From the NCBI GenBank assembly GCA_043228905.1, contig JBHGNT010000004.1:3286001-3350000 (forward strand): DNA of 64,000 nucleotides. The letters run 5' to 3'. Shown piece by piece: positions 25,601-36,300 of this stretch. Origin of the DNA: Azolla caroliniana. Lineage: Eukaryota > Plantae > Polypodiophyta. Positions within the stretch are counted from its first letter, which is position 1; each line of letters begins with the position of its first letter. Both the position numbers and the translations under genes were made by a program. The notes under the pieces are model-generated. The model was given only the letters and a program-made list of their open reading frames with translations. It searched no databases and was not told the origin of the DNA.

Positions 25601-28136
25601 GAATTGGATACGCCCACACCTTTCGAGTCGAGTCGTCAATGAAAGTGACGAAGTAAGATGCACCGCCTAGAGACTGATGCGGCATTGGGCCGCAGACGTC
25701 CGAGTGGACCAAATCGAGAGGTCTCGTTTCTCTTGGTGCTGATGTCGGGTGTGATGCGGCGGCTTGTTTGCCATACTGGCAATGCTCGCAGAATTGATGG
25801 TCGGAGAAGGAGAGTTTGGGGATGTATCCGGCTCTAGATAGATGCGTGATGCCGGCCTTGCTGAGGTGTCCCAATCGTCGGTGCCATAGTGATGACACAG
25901 GAATATCCACCAAAAACAGGTTACCCTCTCTGAGCGTAACATGTAACGGATACAGTGAGTGTATCTTGGGTCCTCTAGCAAGCAGGAGGTTCCCCCTGTG
26001 GAGTGTCCACCCTCCCGAAGAGAAACCGGCACGAATGCCGTCTTCATCTAGTTGTCCGACTGAGATCAATGGCCTTGAGAGCTCGGGTACATGTCGGACA
26101 TTGTGGAGTACAAGTGTAGAGCCACCTGCAAGGTTGAGCTCTACTGTGCCGATTCCAATGATGTCACAGTGTTGCGAGTTGCCGACCCGAACTGAGTCGG
26201 AGTGACGGATCGTATATTGCCGAAATTGGGATCGATGAGGAGTCACGTGAAATGACGCGCCCGAATCTAAGAGCCATGTGCTCGATTCTTCAGTCGTGAG
26301 CAGAACTTCTGAGCCGACTGGATTTTCGATTGATAGTATATTCGGGTCGTCTGGTAGCACATCAGCTGAGAAGCTGACGTAATTGATCTCCTCATGCCGG
26401 CCACTCTTCTTGTTGTTCTTGTTCTTGAGTGCGCGGCAGTCGGCTTTGATGTGTCCGGGTTTCTTGCAATAGTTGCAGATTCGGTTATCCCGTGACTGGC
26501 TCCGTCTTCGCTGATTGTTCGGCGGCCGTGAGGAATCTCTTCCTCGTATGTTTGATCGGTCTGTCGAACCTTGTACTACGTAGGCGTCGTCTGTTGAGTC
26601 TTTGGCGAAAGACTTTCTCCGAGCTGCTTCGGTCAGGATTGCGCTCGTGACTTCGGAGTATTTAACAGCCGTGGTTGACGCGTTGCACACGGTTGTGACG
26701 AAAGTTTCCCATGATGGGGGAAGGCTGCTCATGAGTATCATTGCTCTGAGTTCATCCTCGATTGCCGTCCCCTGTGACGAGATTTGGGAGCTTATGCTTT
26801 CGTACTCATTGAGGTGTGCTTGGACCGAGTCGGATTCTTTCATCCGCAAGTTGTAGAGGCGCCGGATCAGAAACATCTTCGTTGCGGCGACCTTCTTTTC
26901 GTAAGTGTCCGACAGTGTTTTCCACAGTTCGAATGCTGTCGTACACGATTGCACCGTGAAGTATACCGATTCCGATAGGTGCATCCGAATCGTGGCGCGG
27001 ACGATTCTGTCCAGCTTCTGCCACTCAATTGGTTTGTATCCTTCTGGAGGTTCTTCATGTTCGATGGGGTCGATTTGCCCCTTGACTATGAGATAGTCCT
27101 GCATTTGTTCCTTCCAGAAGTTGAAGTTCGATCCATCGAACTTTCGTAGACTCATTTCTGACGAGCCTGATGTTGATGCCATCAAATTCGGTTTCGGTTG
27201 ACGAAGCTCGGTTCAGAGTTGACTGTGAACCTTGTTGGAGTGCAGCCGGTTGGCTCACCCGATATCGTTCTAGTCGGATTTGAACCCGAGTCGGTTCGGC
27301 TTCGGAACTTGCTCGAATTGACTCCGGTAACTTGAGGGACAGAGCCGACTGGTCTTCCCGAATGTTGCCGAGTCGGAGTGAGCCCGGTTCGCTTCGGATA
27401 TATGTGCCGAATACCGATTATTGAAACCGATTATCTGGACCGATTCTGCTTCGGTTGACTGCAGCGACGAGAGAGACAGATCCAACTGATCCTCTCGAAT
27501 GTCGATCAGCCGGATGAAGCACGAATTTAGGGTTGTTGTCTTGAGACCGATCTGCACCGAGTGGTTACAACGAGCAGCGTTTGGAGACCTCTTCGGATGC
27601 CGTTTAACCGAATGGAGCACGATCGTGTCAATGATGCACAAGGGGATTTCACCTCGAGCGGTTACGATCACAAGGAGGGAAGTACAACCTGCTGGCTTAC
27701 TCCAAGCAAAGATGATCTAACGCGATGAGATGCAAACCTGTTTTTCTTCTTCTTCTCTCTTCTTCGAATGACGCAGGAAACCGAATGCAGAGACGACGGC
27801 CGACAGCGGATTGAAGGACCGACTACTGTGCAGGCTCTGATACCAGATGTTGGAAGCAATGTCGTCTGTGCGGAAGATCGAGAAGCACTCGATTCCTGTT
27901 TATTCCCTGTGTATGACAGAATGTAGGTCGTTGCACAGAGAGAGAGAGAGAGGGAGAGAGAGAGACACAAAAAACTCTTTATTGCATAAACAAAGAATAC
28001 AACAACCAACCTCACAAAGAGGTTACAAGGTCACTATATATAGTGACCGACTTAGGGCAACTACCCTTTATGCTAATTACATAAATGGCCGAGACGGGAT
28101 GGTGTGAATACGTCCATTATACACATGTATTCGACA
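22687..28136 (-). mobile_element. Intact, very young Ty1/copia LTR retrotransposon (element C)
   Basis: 289-bp LTRs 27848-28136 (5') and 22687-22975 (3') appear identical. TSD CCCGT at 22682-22686 and 28137-28141. PBS TGGTATCAGAGC (tRNA-iMet) at 27834-27845. Short PPT next to 22976. Confidence 0.97.
23169..27185 (-). CDS. Copia Gag-Pol polyprotein (1338 aa)
   Basis: Uninterrupted ORF with CNYCKKPGHIKADC knuckle, protease WLLDSGAS, GAG-pre-integrase and integrase VHSDVCGP..QNGIAERMNRT, RT QLDVKTAFL/YVDD, and RNase H ..KHIDVRYHF..ADGMTK. Confidence 0.97.
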   Translation of the reverse strand: MMASTSGSSEMSLRKFDGSNFNFWKEQMQDYLIVKGQIDPIEHEEPPEGYKPIEWQKLDRIVRATIRMHLSESVYFTVQSCTTAFELWKTLSDTYEKKVAATKMFLIRRLYNLRMKESDSVQAHLNEYESISSQISSQGTAIEDELRAMILMSSLPPSWETFVTTVCNASTTAVKYSEVTSAILTEAARRKSFAKDSTDDAYVVQGSTDRSNIRGRDSSRPPNNQRRRSQSRDNRICNYCKKPGHIKADCRALKNKNNKKSGRHEEINYVSFSADVLPDDPNILSIENPVGSEVLLTTEESSTWLLDSGASFHVTPHRSQFRQYTIRHSDSVRVGNSQHCDIIGIGTVELNLAGGSTLVLHNVRHVPELSRPLISVGQLDEDGIRAGFSSGGWTLHRGNLLLARGPKIHSLYPLHVTLREGNLFLVDIPVSSLWHRRLGHLSKAGITHLSRAGYIPKLSFSDHQFCEHCQYGKQAAASHPTSAPRETRPLDLVHSDVCGPMPHQSLGGASYFVTFIDDSTRKVWAYPIRTKDRVFSIFSDWLAMVENQTDRKLKCFRTDNGGEFKSEEFVKFCRQRGIRRELTAPHSPEQNGIAERMNRTIQERTVSMLQHSGLSDGFWAEALLTAVHIINMSPSRPLGLQIPQELWIGSKPNYDKLRIFGCEAYALIPKDDRRKLAPRSRKCIFLGYGSDGEMGYRLWDPERRQIVRSSDVVFNESAMNPSVDKPIEVRRVTFSDVPTLQEGPALNTRSASRVADPYTTDSDNSDSAQPNDSVSDHPTTIPDATSPIIPRRSERLSQPPERYSPGIFFTDAGEPTSYEEASTSVDSATWHLAMESEMHSIRANKTWDLVELPRNRRALPCKWVYRLKETSDSTTPKYKARLVAKGFRQEYGVDFDEIFSPVVKMTTLRLLLGVVAADNLELIQLDVKTAFLHGDLEEEIYMEQPKGFVATGQEHLVCRLRKSLYGLKQAPRQWYKKFDDFIQSIGFSKSDEDHCLFTNTARDGSPIFLIIYVDDMLISGRHAGELSDLVRQLRLKFAMKDLGPARHILGMKISRHRDKRHLFLSQTDYIGRVLERFNMQSAKSASTPLPMNLRLSQRDCPTSGSEGEDMKSVPYAPAVGSLMYLMVATRPDISHAVGVVSRFMHNPGRSHWNAVKHVFRYLVGTKDHGILFGPNRTSGVVGYTDSDFAGCIDSRKSTTGYCFKFGNGAISWKSKLQECTATSTTEAEYVAASDAAKEALWLGRLAHTFRQVEHDSAPVVYSDSQGAVALSKNPVHHNASKHIDVRYHFVRDCVISGKIGLEKISTTDNVADGMTKCLSADRFRSLRHQMGVTTNQSG

Positions 28137-28544
28137 CCCGTGCCTCTCGAGCATTCTCCAAAACTATTCCTCCTCCACCGGCAGTAGGAAGCCACCCCCA
28201 CCAACCTTGAGCTCCCGTAGCGTTATGTTGGTGAAACGGTGTCCTATGCCGGCTGGATCTCGTAGAGTTTGGTCCGACGCGACCCCTTTCATCCGTAACC
28301 CACTGCCCTCCGGTAAGCATGCCGCGACTGGCCTCACCTTCTAGTCCACAGTCTTGTACCTTGTATACACGCAGGCCGTTCGATCAGACCTGACCCTTTC
28401 CCCAAAGTCGGTAATGACTTCGTACATTTCCATTGAGTTAACTAGAATCATCCAAAAATCCCCTCGGCTTTTGTCGCCGAGGGTCTCGCGGTTGTGCTCG
28501 TGGTTCGGTCACATTCTAGGCTTCACCCCCCACCCAACAACAGT

Positions 28545-29580
28545 TTCGGAGAATGCTTGGGAGGCACGGGAAGGCCTTCGCATTCTCACCGAAGGAGATC
28601 GGGTGCGTAGACCCGACGATCGTTGAGCCAATGGTTATCTTCACGGTACCGCATGTGCCGTGGAATCTCAAGTCGATTCCGGTACCCAGAGCTCACATCT
28701 CGAAGGTGATGGAGCTGCTGAAGCAGAAGGTGGAGATGGACATCCTCGAGCTGTCGAGCACCCCATATTCGAATCGGTGGTTTACCGTGCTAAAGAAGAA
28801 CGGCATGCTACGCTTCATTCAGGACTTGCAGACCATTCGGAATGCAGGAATCATGCCGACCATTGACGAGTTCGCGGAGGCCTTCGCCGGAAGGTCAATT
28901 TATTCAGTCGGGGATCTGTACTCAGGGTACGACCAATTCCAACTAGCCGTAGAGAGGAGGGATATTATGAAAATGCGGACTCCTCTCGGTCTTGTACGGA
29001 TGTGTACCCTTCCGCAATGAGGAACCAACTCGGTGGCGCACATGGTGAATGCAATGAAAAAAGTGCTGAAGGACTGCATCCTGGACATCACCATGCCGTT
29101 CTTGGACGACATCCCGATCAAAGGGTGTCCGGTGGAAGATATGGACAAATCAATTGGACCGGACGGTTGCCGGAAATTCATTGCGGACCATGTCAGCGAC
29201 TGCGAGAAGGTGCTACAAAGGCTGGAGGGCGCGCAACTCACCTTCTTCAGAGAGAAATCGACTTTTGGACAGTAAGAGATCATGGTCGTCGGTCACCTAT
29301 GCGGGCCTTATGGCCGGAAACCGTCCCCGGAAAAGGTAGAGGCCATCTCCGCAATGAAGGAAGACTACAAGTCGGTTACGAAAGTCCGGAGGTTCTTAGG
29401 CGCATGCGCGTTCTACCACATCTGGATTCCGCACTACGCACACGTCGCGGAGCTGCTCTACTGGTCGTTGAAGCAAGGGCGAAAGTTTGAGTGGAGCGGG
29501 GAACATACAGAGTCGGTCCGGAGATTGAAAAAAGTGCTTACCGTGGCACCGGCACTCCGGAAAGTGGTTTACAGTAAGGA
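28545..29580 (+). mobile_element. Degenerate gypsy RT fragment
   Basis: ORFs 28553-29020, 29033-29275 and 29282-29614 match the intact pol (FTVPHVPWNLK, PFLDD). Confidence 0.88.
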
Positions 29581-29589
29581 GGGAGTTAG

Positions 29590-30284
29590 TCTCCTAGTAC
29601 TCTCTACTCCCTAGTCCAAGACCCCTGCGGTCCCGCCTTGGAACCTACACGTACCCGCGGAATACCGCGACATCTTTGGTGAACCCGACGTGGAAAGGCA
29701 ACAAGGGAGGATGGAGTCGGAAGACGATGACTTCGCAGAGATGGTGGCTGAAGTGGTGTTGGAGTTCAGACGAGTGGTGGTGAGACGGGAGTCAGCGCGG
29801 CAAGCTATTGAGCGAGTGGTCGAAGGAGTCGGCCGTTTCAACGGGGACAAAGTCCCATTCTACTTGGAATCCTACAACGCAGAAATGGAGGAGAGAGACG
29901 TGGATGAGGTGTTGAGGCTGGAGTTCTTCTGTGAGGTCGTCCATGTCCGTATGCACGTGGTAGTGAAGGAGCTCCAAGCAGCTCATAGTTCGTGGGAGGC
30001 CTTCGAGGCCCCGGGGTGCAATGAAGGCGTTTCGAGAGTTCGAGCGGCGGCTTGCTCAGCTCCTGGAGCGGGAGCAAAGTTTGGTGGGGGCGGATAAAGT
30101 CCTATTGTTGGTTAGGTCGATCGACCGAGCGGAACATGAGGCCATCGGGATTGAGCTTGAAGAAGATGACGGAGTGAATGGCCTTACCGAGGACTGGTCG
30201 GAAGTCGAAAGAGTATGCTGACAATTGGACAAGGAGTGGTCCGGGAGAGGAAAAAGGAAGATAACGCGTGACGGCGTGTCATCA
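29590..30284 (+). mobile_element. Non-autonomous gypsy derivative, 5' part (LTR end, PBS-Trp, gag-like). Continues at 62341
   Basis: gcgaca-tctt-TGGTGAACCCGACGTG at ~29667-29692. Colinear with 5904-6497 and split by element D at CATCA. Confidence 0.82.
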
Positions 30285-31186
30285 TGTTAATCCTAGGCCG
30301 GACAACAAACTGACACAGGGTGTCCACTTAAGACACTTCACCAAAGGGTGTCACGACAAGATGACTTACGGCACAACACTTAATTAGACCTTAATCGGTT
30401 ACTTAGCAACACATCATTAACACGCTGTCGTGAAGAAAACCGCCCACAAGAGGAATCGGAGGAACAAGGCGTGGGAAACGGCTCTACACACACACGCGTG
30501 CCAAGAAGTACCTAAGGACGAAGTAGGCACATACGAGGATCCTAGGTGGGTAGATTCGGTTGGTATGCAGTTAATGCCAAACGGCCTCTTGACGGGCTAT
30601 AAAAGGAAGAGGAAGAAGAGAAGTCGGGGATCTCCCGCGGAGAGGACGAAGTGCTGCCGAACCGATTTCGGAGCTTCTCTCTCACTCCCGCTCTCTCTGT
30701 CTTCTGCTCCATCGCGTACCTGTGCAGGTTTCGAGGAGGCTTGCGCTGTTCCGTGGAACGCCCCGAGTGCGTCCTGCAGCACCTCCGACCTGTTTCCCCC
30801 TTCTGTGCGTCGCGACATACAGGGGTCGGCATCTGTTCGCCGCCCTGTTCGTTTTCGTTAGTATCTATTTCGTGCCCCACTGTGGGTTGTAATACTTTAG
30901 TCTGTTATTTCCTTGCATTCATAAGTACATACCTTTCGTTGTTGCGTCCATCTGCGTCGGCGTTATTTGTGATCTCTGTTTGTTGGGCCGTGTCCCTGTG
31001 TAATCGTCGGTTCTGCGCAATCGGAACTTCGGTTCTGTGTAATCGGGGTCTCTCTCTCTTACCTCTCTCTCTCTTGCTCTTCGGTTCAAGACCCCCGTGG
31101 TCCCTCCTCCTTTCTACACGCAAGGGCGTAGCAACCCCGACATCTTTGGTGAACCCGACGTGAAAGAGGCGGCAGAAGAGCAGGAA

Positions 31187-33313
31187 ATGAAGGGGGCGGA
31201 TCTTGCAGAGGCCATGGCTTCGGCCGTGGATCGGATAGTAAGCGCGCGCGAGGGCACCGGCGCCCTCGATAGAGCTATTGAGGCGGTCGTCGGAACGATC
31301 GGTCGATTCACCGGAAAAGATGCCACGAAGTACCTGGCGTCCTACGGTGCGGAAATGTTAATGCGGGACATTCCGGAAGACAGGCGCCTTGCCGGTTTTC
31401 CCCGAGTGGCGATGCCGAGCATCCACGCGGAGGTGCTCGAGGTGCGGGCGGAGAGCCGTACCTGGGAGGAGTTCGAAGGTCGGCTCCTGGAAAAATACGG
31501 ACTGGACGACGCGCTCCGGCTTTCGAAGCGAAGCTTCCTGGAGTGGGTGGAGTCTCCCGGGAAAGTAAGGAATGCGTCGGCACTCCTCCGGGAGTTCGAG
31601 GAGAACTTCGCGCGCCTTTCGGCGCTTGACAGGATGGTCCTGGATACAAGCCGGGTCCTGCTGTTCGTCAAATCGGTTGACGAGAGGGATCGGAGTCACG
31701 TGGGCGCCCTGCTAGAAACCGAAGACGGGCTGACAGCCGACTGGGCGGCGGTCAAGAGAGCCTGCGGCCGTTTCGACAAACGGCGAGAATGGGAGGATGA
31801 CAGAGCAACCGGGTCGGGCTCAGTCGCGGCGAGGAAACTCGAGCCGGCGCAGCCGGTGCGAAGGGAAGAGACTCGGGAGTGGCTGGAATCCGGTTCATCT
31901 CCGACCGGCGGGATCAGAGGCTCGACTGGAGGAGCTGCGTTGGAGGAACTGACGAGGGCGATAAAAGACCTCCAAATCGCACAAGCCCGCAGAGAAGGCG
32001 GAGGACCTGCTCGTGACCGACGGCCGGCGGCAGGGAACAGGTGCATGTGGTGCGACGGGGTCGGCCACATCCGAAAAGACTGCGGCGATTTCGCGGAGGC
32101 GCTGAGGAACCGGGTGGTGTACCTATGGGAAGGCCGGGTTCACGCCAACGACACGAGAAGGGCCCTAAACCGAAACGACGGGCGAGGCGGAATGAAGAGG
32201 TTGATGGAAGAGGCGGCGGCCCGACATGTGGAAACCGTCCACTACTCGGCGTCGGCCGGTATTCGAGTCGGGGGCGGCGAGGCCCGAAAGGAAAGCAAAG
32301 CCGGATTCTGGCCGACGATGCTGGAAGGCCTTGCCGGTGCAGGGCTAAAAGGGGAGGAATCGGACCGTGCGGAGAAACGGGTACGGGAGATGACCGGGTG
32401 GAGCGACCCGGTCGAGGAAAAGACGGGCTTCGTGGAAGCCGCTTGCCGGAACTACGAGGCTCTGGTAGAAGAGAAGCGGGTGGGGAAACCCGGGACGACC
32501 GGGCCCTCACAACGATACGAGACCCGGTCCGGGCCACGGCGGGACGAAGCCGGCGGGGCCAGTACGCAAGATAAACCCCAGAAGGGCGGGTACCGTCTGG
32601 GGACGGAGATAGAAAGAACCACGGACTTACGAAAGGTCCTGGAGGAACGGATCCTCGACAGCAAGGTGGAGCTGTCGCTACGGGAGGTGCTTGGAATCGC
32701 CAAGAAGGAGTTCCACGACTCCATCGTGGACTTGGTGAAACGGAAGAGGCTGTCAACGGAGACTGAACCGGAAAGACCGGTGGAAGTACGGACGACGCAC
32801 CTAGACGACATGGCGCTGGGAGAAGAGTGGGCGGAAAGCCACTATTCGAGACCGCACTGGGCCCGAGCGACCACGGAAACCCCGGTGAAGATCGGCGATG
32901 TCCAGGAACCGGTGATAGCTTTGGTGGACCACGGATCGGAGATCAATTTGATGTCCATGGACTTCTATAAGAAGGGCAAATGGCCGATCAACACCAAGCA
33001 CGGGTGGAAAATAAGGGCAGCAACGCGCGCCACCGAGGAACTGCACGGGGCCTGTCCGAATGTGCGAGTCAAGATCGGCGACGTCGAGATTGACCAGCAC
33101 TTCTTCGTGCAGGAGACGTCTTCGCATCCGGTCATACTGGGAGAGCCGTACATCACGGCGGCGCGGATGGAGACCAAGGTGTTGGACAATGGTTCGGCCT
33201 ACGCGAGGGTCAAAAGCCAAGACGGGCGCCATTCGGTCCAGTTTCTGACGGTACGGCCGAACCACGAACGTAACCGCGACTCCCTCGGTTCCGATAACCG
33301 AGAGGATTTTTAG
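31187..33313 (+). CDS. Gag-protease ORF of element G
   Basis: First ATG after the PBS is at 31187. Contains the CMWCDGVGHIRKDC zinc knuckle and aspartic protease LVDHGSEINLM..VILGEPY. Ends GAG GAT TTT TAG. Confidence 0.92.
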   Translation: MKGADLAEAMASAVDRIVSAREGTGALDRAIEAVVGTIGRFTGKDATKYLASYGAEMLMRDIPEDRRLAGFPRVAMPSIHAEVLEVRAESRTWEEFEGRLLEKYGLDDALRLSKRSFLEWVESPGKVRNASALLREFEENFARLSALDRMVLDTSRVLLFVKSVDERDRSHVGALLETEDGLTADWAAVKRACGRFDKRREWEDDRATGSGSVAARKLEPAQPVRREETREWLESGSSPTGGIRGSTGGAALEELTRAIKDLQIAQARREGGGPARDRRPAAGNRCMWCDGVGHIRKDCGDFAEALRNRVVYLWEGRVHANDTRRALNRNDGRGGMKRLMEEAAARHVETVHYSASAGIRVGGGEARKESKAGFWPTMLEGLAGAGLKGEESDRAEKRVREMTGWSDPVEEKTGFVEAACRNYEALVEEKRVGKPGTTGPSQRYETRSGPRRDEAGGASTQDKPQKGGYRLGTEIERTTDLRKVLEERILDSKVELSLREVLGIAKKEFHDSIVDLVKRKRLSTETEPERPVEVRTTHLDDMALGEEWAESHYSRPHWARATTETPVKIGDVQEPVIALVDHGSEINLMSMDFYKKGKWPINTKHGWKIRAATRATEELHGACPNVRVKIGDVEIDQHFFVQETSSHPVILGEPYITAARMETKVLDNGSAYARVKSQDGRHSVQFLTVRPNHERNRDSLGSDNREDF

Positions 33314-33372
33314 AGAGGGCTGCCAAGGCGTGGGGCCGCGACAGTCCGGACACCCCGGGAAAACCCCACACC
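33304..33372 (+). promoter_or_regulatory. Predicted -1 ribosomal frameshift signal (G GAU UUU plus downstream stem-loop/pseudoknot)
   Basis: The slippery heptamer directly precedes the gag stop. gggctg..cagtcc forms a stem, and loop gtgggg is complementary to ccccac at ~33364. Confidence 0.75.
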
Positions 33373-36300
33373 TGTACGATAAAACCGAAGAAACCTTGTA
33401 CCATAGGTAGGGAATTTTTGTTCTCCGACAGCGGAGCGTGTGCGATGGTCGGCATCGCCGGCCGAGAGAAAACAAAGACGGAGGCGAGACTTCGAGCGTG
33501 CGGAGTTCTCGGCCCGGACGAGGAAATCAACGGAGCCGTGGAGGCGGTCTCATTCGACGACACCTTGGGAATGCTGGGAAAGGTAGTCGAAGAAGGCCTT
33601 AACGAAGACCGGACGATACCGGTGTGTTCCGAGGAGATGTACGAAGTCATCGCGGACTTCGGTCGAGGGCTCGAGTCAGTTCGGACGGCCCACGTAAACA
33701 CCAAGTACAAGACTGTGGACCGGAAGGTAAGGCCAGTAGCGGCACCCTTACCGGAGGACAGCGCGTCGAGAATCAAAGGGGTTGCATCGGACCCTAGTCT
33801 ACGAGATCCGGCCTGCATAGGGCACACCTTCACTGACGAGACGCTCCGAGAGCTCAAAATCGGTGGGGGCGGGTTCCTAATGCCGGCGGAGGAAGACCGG
33901 TTTCGGAGAATGCTCGGAAGGCACGGGAAAGCCTTCGCATTCTCGCCGGAGGAAATCGGGTGCGTTGACCCGACGATCGTGGAGCCGCTGGTGATATTCA
34001 CGGTACCGCATGTACCATGGAATCTCAAGCCAATCCCGGTTCCGAGAGCTCACATCCCGAAGTTGATGGAGCTGCTGAGGCAGAAAGTTGATATGGGAAT
34101 TCTCGAGCCGTCGAGCGCCCCATATTCGAATCGATGGTTTACCGTACCGAAGAAAAACGGTTCGCTGCGCTTCATCCAGGACCTGCAGCCGGTCAATCGA
34201 GTGACCATTCGGAACGCAGGGATCGGACCGACCATAGACGAGTTCGCGGAGGCCTTCGCCGGAAGGTCAATTTACTCGGTCGGGGATCTATACTCAGGGT
34301 ACGACCAGTTCCAGCTAGCCGTGGAGAGCAGAGACATTACGACGATGCGAACTCCCCTCGGCCTAGTTCGGATGTGTACACTGCCGCAAGGAGGGACCAA
34401 CTCGGTGGCCCACATGGTGAATGCGATGAACAAGGTTCTGAGGGACTGTATCCCGGACATCACCATGCCGTTTCTGGACGACATCCCGATCAAGGGATGC
34501 CCGGTGGAAGAAAGGGACGAGACGATCGGGCCGGACGGATGCCGGCGATTCGTGGCGACGCACATCGACGACTGCGAGAAGGTGCTGCAAAGGCTAGAGG
34601 ATGCGAGACTCACCTTCTCCGGGGAGAAGTCGGCCTTCGGACAGTCAGAAATCATGGTGGTCGGACACCTGTGCGGACCATATGGCCGGAAACCGTCTCC
34701 GGCAAAGGTAGAAGCCATCTCCGCGATGAAGCCCGACTGCAGCTCGGTCACGGAAGTACGGAGATTCCTGGGGGCATGCGCGTTCTACCACATGTGGATC
34801 CCGCATTACGCACACGTCGCGGAGCCACTGTACGGGTTGCTGAAAAAGGGGCGAAGGTTCGAATGGCTAGACGAACACGCGGAATCGGTCCGGAAGCTGA
34901 AAGAGGCCCTTGCAGCGGCACCGGCACTCCGGAAGGCGGTATACGGGAAGGGTACCCCGGTATTCATAACGGTGGATACCAGTCCGACCGGGATCGGATG
35001 GGTCGTGAACCAGGAAGACGAGGACGGCAATCGGTTTCCGATCCGATTCGGCGCGAAAGTCCTCAGTGAACGGCAGCGAGGATACGGCCAGGTTAAACGC
35101 GAACTCTGGGGTATTGTTTCGGCGGTTAAGGCCGACAAAGACTACCTGATAGGGACAGAAGTGATCATCGAGACGGATTGCCTGCCGATTCTCGGAATGG
35201 TTTCCGGATGCGTGACTCCGGACCTGGCGATGCTCAGGTGGATAGCGTACATCAAGTCCCTGGACCCGGAAATACGACACCTTTCCGGGAAAGACAACGC
35301 CATGGCCGACATGCTTTCGAGGGCGAGGTTCGACGACGAGGGCGGCATGGTTTCGGAAGACGAAGAAGTCGGCGTGGATTTCTTCGAGGCGGCATACATA
35401 ACGACCGACGGGATGAGCACTCCGGCGCTTAACGAGTTCGACGCGAGCAAGTACGACGGGGAATGGCTGCAGATCGGCGGGTTTTTGAAGACAATGACGC
35501 CCGATGCGTCATGGACGAAGGACGAGGCCAACCGGATCCGGAAGAAAGCATATCGATTCTTTCTCCGAGATGGGCATCTATGGAAGCACCCGAAGAAGAG
35601 GGACGGCGTCCCGCTCCGAGTGGTGGCGATGAAGGAAGTACAGGAGGAGCTACTGGCGGCCTACCACGACAGCCCTTGGGCTGGACACCGTGGAACGTGG
35701 GCGACGTTTGAGAAGCTGAAGGGAAAGTACTGGTGGCCGGGATTGTACCGGGACGTGCATCGGTTCGTGTCAACTTGCGAGAGTTGTCAGATGCACTCGA
35801 TAGTCCGACACCGGGACGGGCTTCACCCTACGTACCCTCCGACTATCCACTTCAAATGGATGGTAGATCTAGTGACGATGCCGATGGGGGTAGGACAGAT
35901 GCGGTATCTGGTCCTAGCGCGGGAAGACCTGACGAACCAGGTGGAAGGCCGGGCCCTTCAGAACAAGACGACCGCGGCCGTGTGTCGGTTCCTAGTCGAG
36001 GACGTGATATGCCGGTACGGGTGCGTCGGGAAGATCGTGGCTGACCGAGGGGAGTTGGACGCCGAAGAGGCCGCGGAGCTGTTCGACCGGCTTGGAGTCA
36101 AGCTCTCGCTCACCACTGCGTACAATCCGGAGGCGAATGGAAAGGTGGAGCGCGGACACGGACCGATCGTCAAGGCGTTGATTCGGGCATGCGGAGGCCG
36201 AGTCGGTAACTGGCCGCAGTTGCTACCTTATGCTTTGTGGGCAGACCGGACCACGCACAGTTCGGTAACCGGGTACATGCCGACGAAGCTCATGTTCGGC

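Noticed and set aside
30430-31163. ORFs duplicated in both LTRs of element G (143-170 aa)
   Set aside because: No recognisable domains. Several overlapping frames are expected in GC-rich LTR DNA.
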